Source of the DNA: Balanoglossus misakiensis
Lineage: Eukaryota > Animalia > Hemichordata
Reading direction: 5' to 3'
Length of the DNA stretch: 64,000 nucleotides
NCBI GenBank assembly: GCA_040954595.2
Contig: CM082585.2
Span: 7,601,253 to 7,665,252 of the forward strand
The translations under genes were made by a program, and so were the position numbers. Positions 51,583-64,000 of the stretch are shown here, in pieces. Below the pieces are notes generated by a model that was not told the DNA's origin, made no database searches, and saw only the letters and a list, made by a program, of their open reading frames with translations. Every line of letters starts with the position of its first letter. Position 1 is the stretch's first letter.

Positions 51583-53187
51583 GGCGGCGCTTCTGTTGTT
51601 ACTGGTACTGATATTGTTTGATTGTACCATTTCAGAACGTGGTATTGCGGCAACTACTACTAAACCAACTTCTTCATTGGTATGGCTGACATCATGTATA
51701 ATTCATAAGGAACTCAGGTGGCTGCTTAGGACTCGTATGACGTATTCCCTACCAGTGGCTGACTAGGGGTGGGGGACCAACTACAGAGCTCAGCTGTGGC
51801 CAGCAACACTTGGAAGCACATGGGAATGGTAAGTAAGTAATTTCAGAGTTCTAAGAATCCACGTGGCTTGGGAGGTCCCCATGCCCAAAATAGGCATACC
51901 TTTGCCAGTGAAGTTGATGAACCATACCATGAGTATGATAACTATGGCAACGGTATACGCTTCCTGGCCCTATAATTTTACGTGCTTTGGTGTACCCCAT
52001 ATACGAGACGAAAATGCCCAAGTGACCAAAATTCACGAAGTCATGAATTTTATCATTTAATGACTTTCATGAGCTGTAGATAATGAAATATGTCAAAAAG
52101 TCACCAATTCTCGACTTTGTGAATGTTGGTCGTTTTGGCATTTTTAAACATATTTCATGAGCTATAGCTTTTTTGGGAATGAAAGTATAGAGTAAATCAT
52201 AGTCATCGTCACTCATTCTTGTCTTCACACAAAACATCACACCAATGATGGTAATTTATTTTTATTTCATTTTATTCCATTTTCTATAAAATCATGACAA
52301 AACCAGAGTGTTGAAATTTGACTTGTGTTCACTTTCTGTTCTAGGTCTATCTGTGGGATAACAATGAAGCTGTCATCGAATGGTCCGGCCGGATCACACC
52401 ACTGAAGAGAGAAGTTGCTCTTGTTTCAGAGACTGTTATAAAATTTTCGGACAAAAGGCGCTAAGTATGCTCAATTCAAGTTTAGAAGCCTATGTTCAAT
52501 TTAAGTTCAGAAGGCTAATTAAACAATTATCACCTATAACTTTTATGGTGACCCTCACATCAGTTGTCTCAAATTTGAAATTCAAAATTGATGCCAATAT
52601 TTGTGTTAACTTTGACTTACGACCCATGCCTGACCTATGATACGAGTATAAACATGAGGTTTCTGAAGTTATAACTGATTAGAAATTTGAGAAATCAACT
52701 ATGAGACAATTTAAAACTTGACTATCTTAAATCATTTATCAAATTCATTGAACTAGACATTTAGACCCTAATGTCATAAAGTAAATGTAAATATTAAGCT
52801 ATTTTAGGAACTTAAGCAAGTCTTGTACTTTTTATCACTTCCTGCTCAAAGGCAACTTTGCTACAGATTACATGCCTCGAATTTTTTTTTATGGGATTTG
52901 CTTTCGAGTTATATTTCTAGTATTGTCATCACTACAAATTTACATATTAAATGAATTCATGAGTGATATACATGTATTCTTGATTTACTGCACTTGATAG
53001 AGTACAAACTCATTAGAAATGAGACGAATCAACTATGAGCACAATTCCACATTTTACTGTCCCGTGTGACTGCTATTCTTAACTGTGATTGTAAATTTAA
53101 TTTTGCTTCTGTCAGACCTTTTATTAGTTACTGTAATGTTTTTTACGTGAACTTGTTCGCTCATTTTATATCATGAATAAGAAAACT

Positions 53188-56100
53188 TGATTTTCATGAG
53201 CTATAAACCATGGTTTTTATCAAAAAAACACCAAATTTTGAAATTTCGCGAAGTCGAAAAATTGACATTTCTGGATGATTTTCATGAGCTATAACCCATG
53301 GTTTTTATCAAAAAACACCAAATTTTGAAATTTCGCGAAGTCGAAAAATTGACATTTCTGGATGATTTTCATGAGCTATAACCCATGGTTTTTATCCAAA
53401 AACCACCAAATTTTGAAATTTCGCGAAGTCGAAAAATTGACATTTCTGGATGATTTTCATGAGCTATAACCCATGGTTTTTATCAAAAAACCACCAAATT
53501 TTGAAATTTCGCGAAGTCGAAAAATTGACATTTCTGGATGATTTTCATGAGCTATAACCCATGGTTTTTATCAAAAACCACCAAATTTTGAAATTTCGCG
53601 AAGTCGAAAAATTGACATTTCTGGATGATTTTCATGAGCTATAACCCATGGTTTTTTATCAAAAAAACACCAAATTTTGAAATTTCGCGAAGTCGAAAAA
53701 TTGACATTTCTGGATGATTTTCATGAGCTATAACCCATGGTTTTTATCCAAAAACCACCAAATTTTGAAATTTCGCGAAGTCGAAAAATTGACATTTCTG
53801 GATGATTTTCATGAGCTATAACCCATGGTTTTTATCCAAAAACCACCAAATTTTGAAATTTCGCGAAGTCGAAAAATTGACATTTCTGGATGATTTTCAT
53901 GAGCTATAACCCATGGTTTTTATCCAAAAACCACCAAATTTTGAAATTTCGCGAAGTCGAAAAATTGACATTTCTGGATGATTTTCATGAGCTATAACCC
54001 ATGGTTTTTATCCAAAAACCACCAAATTTTGAAATTTCGCGAAGTCGAAAAATTGACATTTCTGGATGATTTTCATGAGCTATAACTCATGGTTTTTATC
54101 CAAAACCCACCAAATTTTGAAATTTCGCGAAGTCGAAAAATTGACATTTCTGGATGATTTTCATGAGCTATAACCCATGGTTTTTATCCAAAAACCACCA
54201 ATTTTTGAAATTTCGCGAAGTCGAAAAATTGACATTTCTGGATGATTTTCATGAGCTATAAACCCATGGTTTTTATCCAAAAACCACCAAATTTTGAAAT
54301 TTCGCGAGGTCGAAAAATTGACATTTCTGGATGTTTTTCATGAGCTATAACCCATGGTTTTTATCCAAAAACCACCAAATTTTGAAATTTCGCGAGGTCG
54401 AAAAATTGACATTTCTGGATGTTTTTCATGAGCTATAACCCATGGTTTTTATCCAAAAAACCACCAAATTTTGAAATTTCGCGAAGTCGAAAAATTGACA
54501 TTTCTGGATGATTTTCATGAGCTATAACCCATGGTTTTTATCCAAAAACCACCAAATTTTGAAATTTCGCGAAGTCGAAAAATTGACATTTCTGGATGAT
54601 TTTCATGAGCTATAACCCATGGTTTTTATCCAAAAACCACCAAATTTTGAAATTTCGCGAAGTCGAAAAATTGACATTTCTGGATGATTTTCATGAGCTA
54701 TAACCCATGGTTTTTATCCAAAAACCACCAAATTTTGAAATTTCGCGAAGTCGAAAAATTGACATTTCTGGATGATTTTCATGAGCTATAACCCATGGTT
54801 TTTATCCAAAAACCACCAAATTTTGAAATTTCGCGAAGTCGAAAAATTGACATTTCTGGATGATTTTCATGAGCTATAACCCATGGTTTTTATCCAAAAA
54901 CCACCAAATTTTGAAATTTCGCGAAGTCGAAAAATTGACATTTCTGGATGATTTTCATGAGCTATAACCCATGGTTTTTATCCAAAAACCACCAAATTTT
55001 GAAATTTCGCGAAGTCGAAAAATTGACATTTCTGGATGATTTTCATGAGCTATAACCCATGGTTTTTATCCAAAAACCACCAAATTTTGAAATTTCGCGA
55101 AGTCGAAAAATTGACATTTCTGGATGATTTTCATGAGCTATAACCCATGGTTTTTATCCAAAAACCACCAAATTTTGAAATTTCGCGAGGTCGAAAAATT
55201 GACATTTCTGGATGTTTTTCATGAGCTATAACCCATGGTTTTTATCCAAAAACCACCAAATTTTGAAATTTCGCGAAGTCGAAAAATTGACATTTCTGGA
55301 TGATTTTCATGAGCTATAACCCATGGTTTTTATCCAAAAAACCACCAAATTTTGAAATTTCGCGAAGTCGAAAAATTGACATTTCTGGATGATTTTCATG
55401 AGCTATAACCCATGGTTTTTATCCAAAACCACCAAATTTTGAAATTTCGCGAAGTCGAAAAATTGACATTTCTGGATGATTTTCATGAGCTATAACCCAT
55501 GGTTTTTATCCAAAAACCACCAAATTTTGAAATTTCGCGAAGTCGAAAAATTGACATTTCTGGATGATTTTCATGAGCTATAACCCATGGTTTTTATCCA
55601 AAAACCACCAAATTTTGAAATTTCGCGAAGTCGAAAAATTGACATTTCTGGATGATTTTCATGAGCTATAACCCATGGTTTTTATCCAAAAACCACCAAA
55701 TTTTGAAATTTCGCGAGGTCGAAAAATTGACATTTCTGGATGTTTTTCATGAGCTATAACCCATGGTTTTTATCCAAAAACCACCAAATTTTGAAATTTC
55801 GCGAAGTCGAAAAATTGACATTTCTGGATGATTTTCATGAGCTATAACCCATGGTTTTTATCCAAAAACCACCAAATTTTGAAATTTCGCGAAGTCGAAA
55901 AATTGACATTTCTGGATGATTTTCATGAGCTATAACCCATGGTTTTTATCCAAAAACCACCAAATTTTGAAATTTCGCGAAGTCGAAAAATTGACATTTC
56001 TGGATGATTTTCATGAGCTATAACCCATGGTTTTTATCCAAAAACCACCAAATTTTGAAATTTCGCGAAGTCGAAAAATTGACATTTCTGGATGATTTTC

Positions 56101-59100
56101 ATGAGCTATAACCCATGGTTTTTATCCAAAAACCACCAAATTTTGAAATTTCGCGAAGTCGAAAAATTGACATTTCTGGATGATTTTCATGAGCTATAAC
56201 CCATGGTTTTTATCCAAAAACCACCAAATTTTGAAATTTCGCGAAGTCGAAAAATTGACATTTCTGGATGATTTTCATGAGCTATAACCCATGGTTTTTA
56301 TCCAAAAACCACCAAATTTTGAAATTTCGCGAAGTCGAAAAATTGACATTTCTGGATGATTTTCATGAGCTATAACCCATGGTTTTTATCCAAAAAACAC
56401 CAAATTTTGAAATTTCGCGAAGTCGAAAAATTGACATTTCTGGATGATTTTCATGAGCTATAACCCATGGTTTTTATCCAAAAACCACCAAATTTTGAAA
56501 TTTGCGAAGTCGAAAAATTGACATTTCTGGATGATTTTCATGAGCTATAACCCATGGTTTTTATCCAAAAACCACCAAATTTTGAAATTTCGCGAAGTCG
56601 AAAAAATTGACATTTCTGGATGATTTTCATGAGCTATAACCCATGGTTTTTATCCAAAAACCACCAAATTTTGAAATTTCGCGAAGTCGAAAAATTGACA
56701 TTTCTGGATGATTTTCATGAGCTATAACCCATGGTTTTTATCCAAAAACCACCAAATTTTGAAATTTCGCGAAGGTCGAAAAATTGACATTTCTGGATGT
56801 TTTTCATGAGCTATAACCCATGGTTTTTATCCAAAAACCACCAAATTTTGAAATTTCGCGAAGGTCGAAAAATTGACATTTCTGGATGATTTTCATGAGC
56901 TATAACCCATGGTTTTTATCCAAAAACCACCAAATTTTGAAATTTCGCGAAGTCGAAAAATTGACATTTCTGGATGATTTTCATGAGCTATAACCCATGG
57001 TTTTTATCCAAAAACCACCAAATTTTGAAATTTCGCGAAGTCGAAAAATTGACATTTCTGGATGATTTTCATGAGCTATAACCCATGGTTTTTATCCAAA
57101 AACCACCAAATTTTGAAATTTCGCGAAGGTCGAAAAATTGACATTTCTGGATGATTTTCATGAGCTATAACCCATGGTTTTTATCCAAAAACCACCAAAT
57201 TTTGAAATTTCGCGAAGTCGAAAAATTGACATTTCTGGATGATTTTCATGAGCTATAACCCATGGTTTTTATCCAAAAACCACCAAATTTTGAAATTTCG
57301 CGAAGTCGAAAAATTGACATTTCTGGATGATTTTCATGAGCTATAACCCATGGTTTTTATCCAAAAACCACCAAATTTTGAAATTTCGCGAAGTCGAAAA
57401 ATTGACATTTCTGGATGATTTTCATGAGCTATAACCCATGGTTTTTATCCAAAAACCACCAAATTTTGAAATTTCGCGAAGTCGAAAAATTGACATTTCT
57501 GGATGATTTTCATGAGCTATAACCCATGGTTTTTATCCAAAAACCACCAAATTTTGAAATTTCGCGAAGTCGAAAAATTGACATTTCTGGATGATTTTCA
57601 TGAGCTATAACCCATGGTTTTTATCCAAAAACCACCAAATTTTGAAATTTCGCGAAGTCGAAAAATTGACATTTCTGGATGATTTTCATGAGCTATAACC
57701 CATGGTTTTTATCCAAAAACCACCAAATTTTGAAATTTCGCGAAGTCGAAAAATTGACATTTCTGGATGATTTTCATGAGCTATAACCCATGGTTTTTAT
57801 CCAAAAACCACCAAATTTTGAAATTTCGCGAAGTCGAAAAATTGACATTTCTGGATGATTTTCATGAGCTATAACCCATGGTTTTTATCCAAAAACCACC
57901 AAATTTTGAAATTTCGCGAGGTCGAAAAATTGACATTTCTGGATGATTTTCATGAGCTATAACCCATGGTTTTTATCCAAAAACCACCAAATTTTGAAAT
58001 TTCGCGAGGTCGAAAAATTGACATTTCTGGATGTTTTTCATGAGCTATAACCCATGGTTTTTATCCAAAAACCACCAAATTTTGAAATTTCGCGAGGTCG
58101 AAAAATTGACATTTCTGGATGTTTTTCATGAGCTATAACCCATGGTTTTTATCCAAAAACCACCAAATTTTGAAATTTCGCGAGGTCGAAAAATTGACAT
58201 TTCTGGATGTTTTTCATGAGCTATAACCCATGGTTTTTATCCAAAAACCACCAAATTTTGAAATTTCGCGAAGTCGAAAAATTGACATTTCTGGATGTTT
58301 TTCATGAGCTATAACCCATGGTTTTTATCCAAAAACCACCAAATTTTGAAATTTCGCGAAGTCGAAAAATTGACATTTCTGGATGATTTTCATGAGCTAT
58401 AACCCATGGTTTTTATCCAAAAACCACCAAATTTTGAAATTTCGCGAAGTCGAAAAATTGACATTTCTGGATGATTTTCATGAGCTATAACCCATGGTTT
58501 TTATCCAAAAACCACCAAATTTTGAAATTTCGCGAAGTCGAAAAATTGACATTTCTGGATGATTTTCATGAGCTATAACCCATGGTTTTTATCCAAAAAC
58601 CACCAAATTTTGAAATTTCGCGAAGTCGAAAAATTGACATTTCTGGATGATTTTCATGAGCTATAACCCATGGTTTTTATCCAAAAACCACCAAATTTTG
58701 AAATTTCGCGAAGTCGAAAAATTGACATTTCTGGATGATTTTCATGAGCTATAACCCATGGTTTTTATCCAAAAACCACCAAATTTTGAAATTTCGCGAA
58801 GTCGAAAAATTGACATTTCTGGATGATTTTCATGAGCTATAACCCATGGTTTTTATCCAAAAACCACCAAATTTTGAAATTTCGCGAAGTCGAAAAATTG
58901 ACATTTCTGGATGATTTTCATGAGCTATAACCCATGGTTTTTATCCAAAAACCACCAAATTTTGAAATTTCGCGAAGTCGAAAAATTGACATTTCTGGAT
59001 GATTTTCATGAGCTATAACCCATGGTTTTTATCCAAAAACCACCAAATTTTGAAATTTCGCGAAGTCGAAAAATTGACATTTCTGGATGATTTTCATGAG

Positions 59101-62100
59101 CTATAACCCATGGTTTTTATCCAAAAACCACCAAATTTTGAAATTTCGCGAAGTCGAAAAATTGACATTTCTGGATGATTTTCATGAGCTATAACCCATG
59201 GTTTTTATCCAAAAACCACCAAATTTTGAAATTTCGCGAAGGTCGAAAATTGACATTTCTGGATGATTTTCATGAGCTATAACCCATGGTTTTTATCCAA
59301 AAACCACCAAATTTTGAAATTTCGCGAAGTCGAAAAATTGACATTTCTGGATGATTTTCATGAGCTATAACCCATGGTTTTTATCCAAAAACCACCAAAT
59401 TTTGAAATTTCGCGAAGTCGAAAAATTGACATTTCTGGATGATTTTCATGAGCTATAACCCATGGTTTTTATCCAAAAACCACCAAATTTTGAAATTTCG
59501 CGAAGTCGAAAAATTGACATTTCTGGATGATTTTCATGAGCTATAACCCATGGTTTTTATCCAAAAACCACCAAATTTTGAAATTTCGCGAAGTCGAAAA
59601 ATTGACATTTCTGGATGATTTTCATGAGCTATAACCCATGGTTTTTATCCAAAAACCACCAAATTTTGAAATTTCGCGAAGTCGAAAAATTGACATTTCT
59701 GGATGATTTTCATGAGCTATAACCCATGGTTTTTATCCAAAAACCACCAAATTTTGAAATTTCGCGAAGTCGAAAAATTGACATTTCTGGATGATTTTCA
59801 TGAGCTATAACCCATGGTTTTTATCCAAAAACCACCAAATTTTGAAATTTCGCGAAGTCGAAAAATTGACATTTCTGGATGATTTTCATGAGCTATAACC
59901 CATGGTTTTTATCCAAAAACCACCAAATTTTGAAATTTCGCGAAGTCGAAAAATTGACATTTCTGGATGATTTTCATGAGCTATAACCCATGGTTTTTAT
60001 CCAAAAACCACCAAATTTTGAAATTTCGCGAAGTCGAAAAATTGACATTTCTGGATGATTTTCATGAGCTATAACCCATGGTTTTTATCCAAAAACCACC
60101 AAATTTTGAAATTTCGCGAAGTCGAAAAATTGACATTTCTGGATGATTTTCATGAGCTATAACCCATGGTTTTTATCCAAAAACCACCAAATTTTGAAAT
60201 TTCGCGAAGTCGAAAAATTGACATTTCTGGATGATTTTCATGAGCTATAACCCATGGTTTTTATCCAAAAACCACCAAATTTTGAAATTTCGCGAAGTCG
60301 AAAAATTGACATTTCTGGATGATTTTCATGAGCTATAACCCATGGTTTTTATCCAAAAACCACCAAATTTTGAAATTTCGCGAAGTCGAAAAATTGACAT
60401 TTCTGGATGATTTTCATGAGCTATAACCCATGGTTTTTATCCAAAAACCACCAAATTTTGAAATTTCGCGAAGTCGAAAAATTGACATTTCTGGATGATT
60501 TTCATGAGCTATAACCCATGGTTTTTATCCAAAAACCACCAAATTTTGAAATTTCGCGAAGTCGAAAAATTGACATTTCTGGATGATTTTCATGAGCTAT
60601 AACCCATGGTTTTTATCCAAAAACCACCAAATTTTGAAATTTCGCGAAGTCGAAAAATTGACATTTCTGGATGATTTTCATGAGCTATAACCCATGGTTT
60701 TTATCCAAAAACCACCAAATTTTGAAATTTCGCGAAGTCGAAAAATTGACATTTCTGGATGATTTTCATGAGCTATAACCCATGGTTTTTATCCAAAAAC
60801 CACCAAATTTTGAAATTTCGCGAAGTCGAAAAATTGACATTTCTGGATGATTTTCATGAGCTATAACCCATGGTTTTTATCCAAAAACCACCAAATTTTG
60901 AAATTTCGCGAAGTCGAAAAATTGACATTTCTGGATGATTTTCATGAGCTATAACCCATGGTTTTTATCCAAAAACCACCAAATTTTGAAATTTCGCGAA
61001 GTCGAAAAATTGACATTTCTGGATGATTTTCATGAGCTATAACCCATGGTTTTTATCCAAAAAACCACCAAATTTTGAAATTTCGCGAAGTCGAAAAATT
61101 GACATTTCTGGATGATTTTCATGAGCTATAACCCATGGTTTTTATCCAAAAACCACCAAATTTTGAAATTTCACGAAGTCGAAAAATTGACATTTCTGGA
61201 TGATTTTCATGAGCTATAACCCATGGTTTTTATCCAAAAACCACCAAATTTTGAAATTTCGCGAAGTCGAAAAATTGACATTTCTGGATGATTTTCATGA
61301 GCTATAACCCATGGTTTTTATCCAAAAACCACCAAATTTTGAAATTTCGCGAAGTCGAAAAATTGACATTTCTGGATGATTTTCATGAGCTATAACCCAT
61401 GGTTTTTATCCAAAAACCACCAAATTTTGAAATTTCGCGAAGTCGAAAAATTGACATTTCTGGATGATTTTCATGAGCTATAACCCATGGTTTTTATCCA
61501 AAAACCACCAAATTTTGAAATTTCGCGAAGTCGAAAAATTGACATTTCTGGATGATTTTCATGAGCTATAACCCATGGTTTTTATCCAAAAACCACCAAA
61601 TTTTGAAATTTCGCGAAGTCGAAAAATTGACATTTCTGGATGATTTTCATGAGCTATAACCCATGGTTTTTATCCAAAAACCACCAAATTTTGAAATTTC
61701 GCGAAGTCGAAAAATTGACATTTCTGGATGATTTTCATGAGCTATAACCCATGGTTTTTATCCAAAAACCACCAAATTTTGAAATTTCGCGAAGTCGAAA
61801 AATTGACATTTCTGGATGATTTTCATGAGCTATAACCCATGGTTTTTATCCAAAAACCACCAAATTTTGAAATTTCGCGAAGTCGAAAAATTGACATTTC
61901 TGGATGATTTTCATGAGCTATAACCCATGGTTTTTATCCAAAAACCACCAAATTTTGAAATTTCGCGAAGTCGAAAAATTGACATTTCTGGATGATTTTC
62001 ATGAGCTATAACCCATGGTTTTTATCCAAAAACCACCAAATTTTGAAATTTCGCGAAGTCGAAAAATTGACATTTCTGGATGATTTTCATGAGCTATAAC

Positions 62101-64000
62101 CCATGGTTTTTATCCAAAAACCACCAAATTTTGAAATTTCGCGAAGTCGAAAAATTGACATTTCTGGATGATTTTCATGAGCTATAACCCATGGTTTTTA
62201 TCCAAAAACCACCAAATTTTGAAATTTCGCGAAGTCGAAAAATTGACATTTCTGGATGATTTTCATGAGCTATAACCCATGGTTTTTATCCAAAAACCAC
62301 CAAATTTTGAAATTTCGCGAAGTCGAAAAATTGACATTTCTGGATGATTTTCATGAGCTATAACCCATGGTTTTTATCCAAAAACCACCAAATTTTGAAA
62401 TTTCGCGAAGTCGAAAAATTGACATTTCTGGATGATTTTCATGAGCTATAACCCATGGTTTTTATCCAAAAACCACCAAATTTTGAAATTTCGCGAAGTC
62501 GAAAAATTGACATTTCTGGATGATTTTCATGAGCTATAACCCATGGTTTTTATCCAAAAACCACCAAATTTTGAAATTTCGCGAAGTCGAAAAATTGACA
62601 TTTCTGGATGATTTTCATGAGCTATAACCCATGGTTTTTATCCAAAAACCACCAAATTTTGAAATTTCGCGAAGTCGAAAAATTGACATTTCTGGATGAT
62701 TTTCATGAGCTATAACCCATGGTTTTTATCCAAAAACCACCAAATTTTGAAATTTCGCGAAGTCGAAAAATTGACATTTCTGGATGATTTTCATGAGCTA
62801 TAACCCATGGTTTTTATCCAAAAACCACCAAATTTTGAAATTTCGCGAAGTCGAAAAATTGACATTTCTGGATGATTTTCATGAGCTATAACCCATGGTT
62901 TTTATCCAAAAACCACCAAATTTTGAAATTTCGCGAAGTCGAAAAATTGACATTTCTGGATGATTTTCATGAGCTATAACCCATGGTTTTTATCCAAAAA
63001 CCACCAAATTTTGAAATTTCGCGAAGTCGAAAAATTGACATTTCTGGATGATTTTCATGAGCTATAACCCATGGTTTTTATCCAAAAACCACCAAATTTT
63101 GAAATTTCGCGAAGTCGAAAAATTGACATTTCTGGATGATTTTCATGAGCTATAACCCATGGTTTTTATCCAAAAACCACCAAATTTTGAAATTTCGCGA
63201 AGTCGAAAAATTGACATTTCTGGATGATTTTCATGAGCTATAACCCATGGTTTTTATCCAAAAACCACCAAATTTTGAAATTTCGCGAAGTCGAAAAATT
63301 GACATTTCTGGATGATTTTCATGAGCTATAACCCATGGTTTTTATCCAAAAACCACCAAATTTTGAAATTTCGCGAAGTCGAAAAATTGACATTTCTGGT
63401 TGATTTTCATGAGCTATAACCCATGGTTTTTATCCAAAAACCACCAAATTTTGAAATTTCGCTAGGTCGAAAAATTGACATTTCTGGATGATTTTCATGA
63501 GCTATAACCCATGGTTTTTATCCAAAAACCACCAAATTTTGAAATTTCGCGAAGTCGAAAAATTGACATTTCTGGATGATTTTCATGAGCTATAACCCAT
63601 GGTTTTTATCCAAAAACCACCAAATTTTGAAATTTCGCGAAGTCGAAAAATTGACATTTCTGGATGATTTTCATGAGCTATAACCCATGGTTTTTATCCA
63701 AAAACCACCAAATTTTGAAATTTCGCGAAGTCGAAAAATTGACATTTCTGGATGATTTTCATGAGCTATAACCCATGGTTTTTATCCAAAAACCACCAAA
63801 TTTTGAAATTTCGCGAAGTCGAAAAATTGACATTTCTGGATGATTTTCATGAGCTATAACCCATGGTTTTTATCCAAAAACCACCAAATTTTGAAATTTC
63901 GCGAAGTCGAAAAATTGACATTTCTGGATGATTTTCATGAGCTATAACCCATGGTTTTTATCCAAAAACCACCAAATTTTGAAATTTCGCGAAGTCGAAA
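53188..64000. repeat. Tandem satellite array, 88-bp monomer, about 123 copies, running off the window end
   Basis: Monomer ttttcatgagctataacccatggtttttatccaaaaaccaccaaattttgaaatttcgcgaagtcgaaaaattgacatttctggatga. The 60-nt line pattern recurs every 1320 bp (15 x 88). Confidence 0.98.

Noticed and set aside
53188-64000. Possible CRISPR-like array
   Set aside because: Monomers are contiguous and near-identical with no unique spacers; eukaryotic context and no cas genes.

Overview
Intron-rich eukaryotic genomic DNA, probably from an invertebrate deuterostome such as a hemichordate or echinoderm (inferred from gene content only). The ORF track shows only exon fragments, so genes were rebuilt by hand from splice sites and reading phase; exon limits are approximate. 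In order: the 3' part of CDC16/APC6 (+); then, all on the minus strand, a small MGCGSS-type lipidated protein, RHBDD1, a DEG/ENaC channel with an LDLa x3 / F-type lectin x3 / PAN / LDLa cassette inserted in its extracellular loop, a secreted double-lipase / WSC x2 / stanniocalcin-like x2 mosaic protein, a phospholipid scramblase, and two tandem microsomal epoxide hydrolases with different catalytic-motif lesions. These are followed by a perfect-TIR non-autonomous transposon with a 10-bp TSD and a homogeneous 88-bp satellite array covering the last ~10.8 kb. The best candidates for undescribed biology are the lectin/LDLa-bearing DEG/ENaC channel and the adjacent mini-lid lipase-WSC protein.
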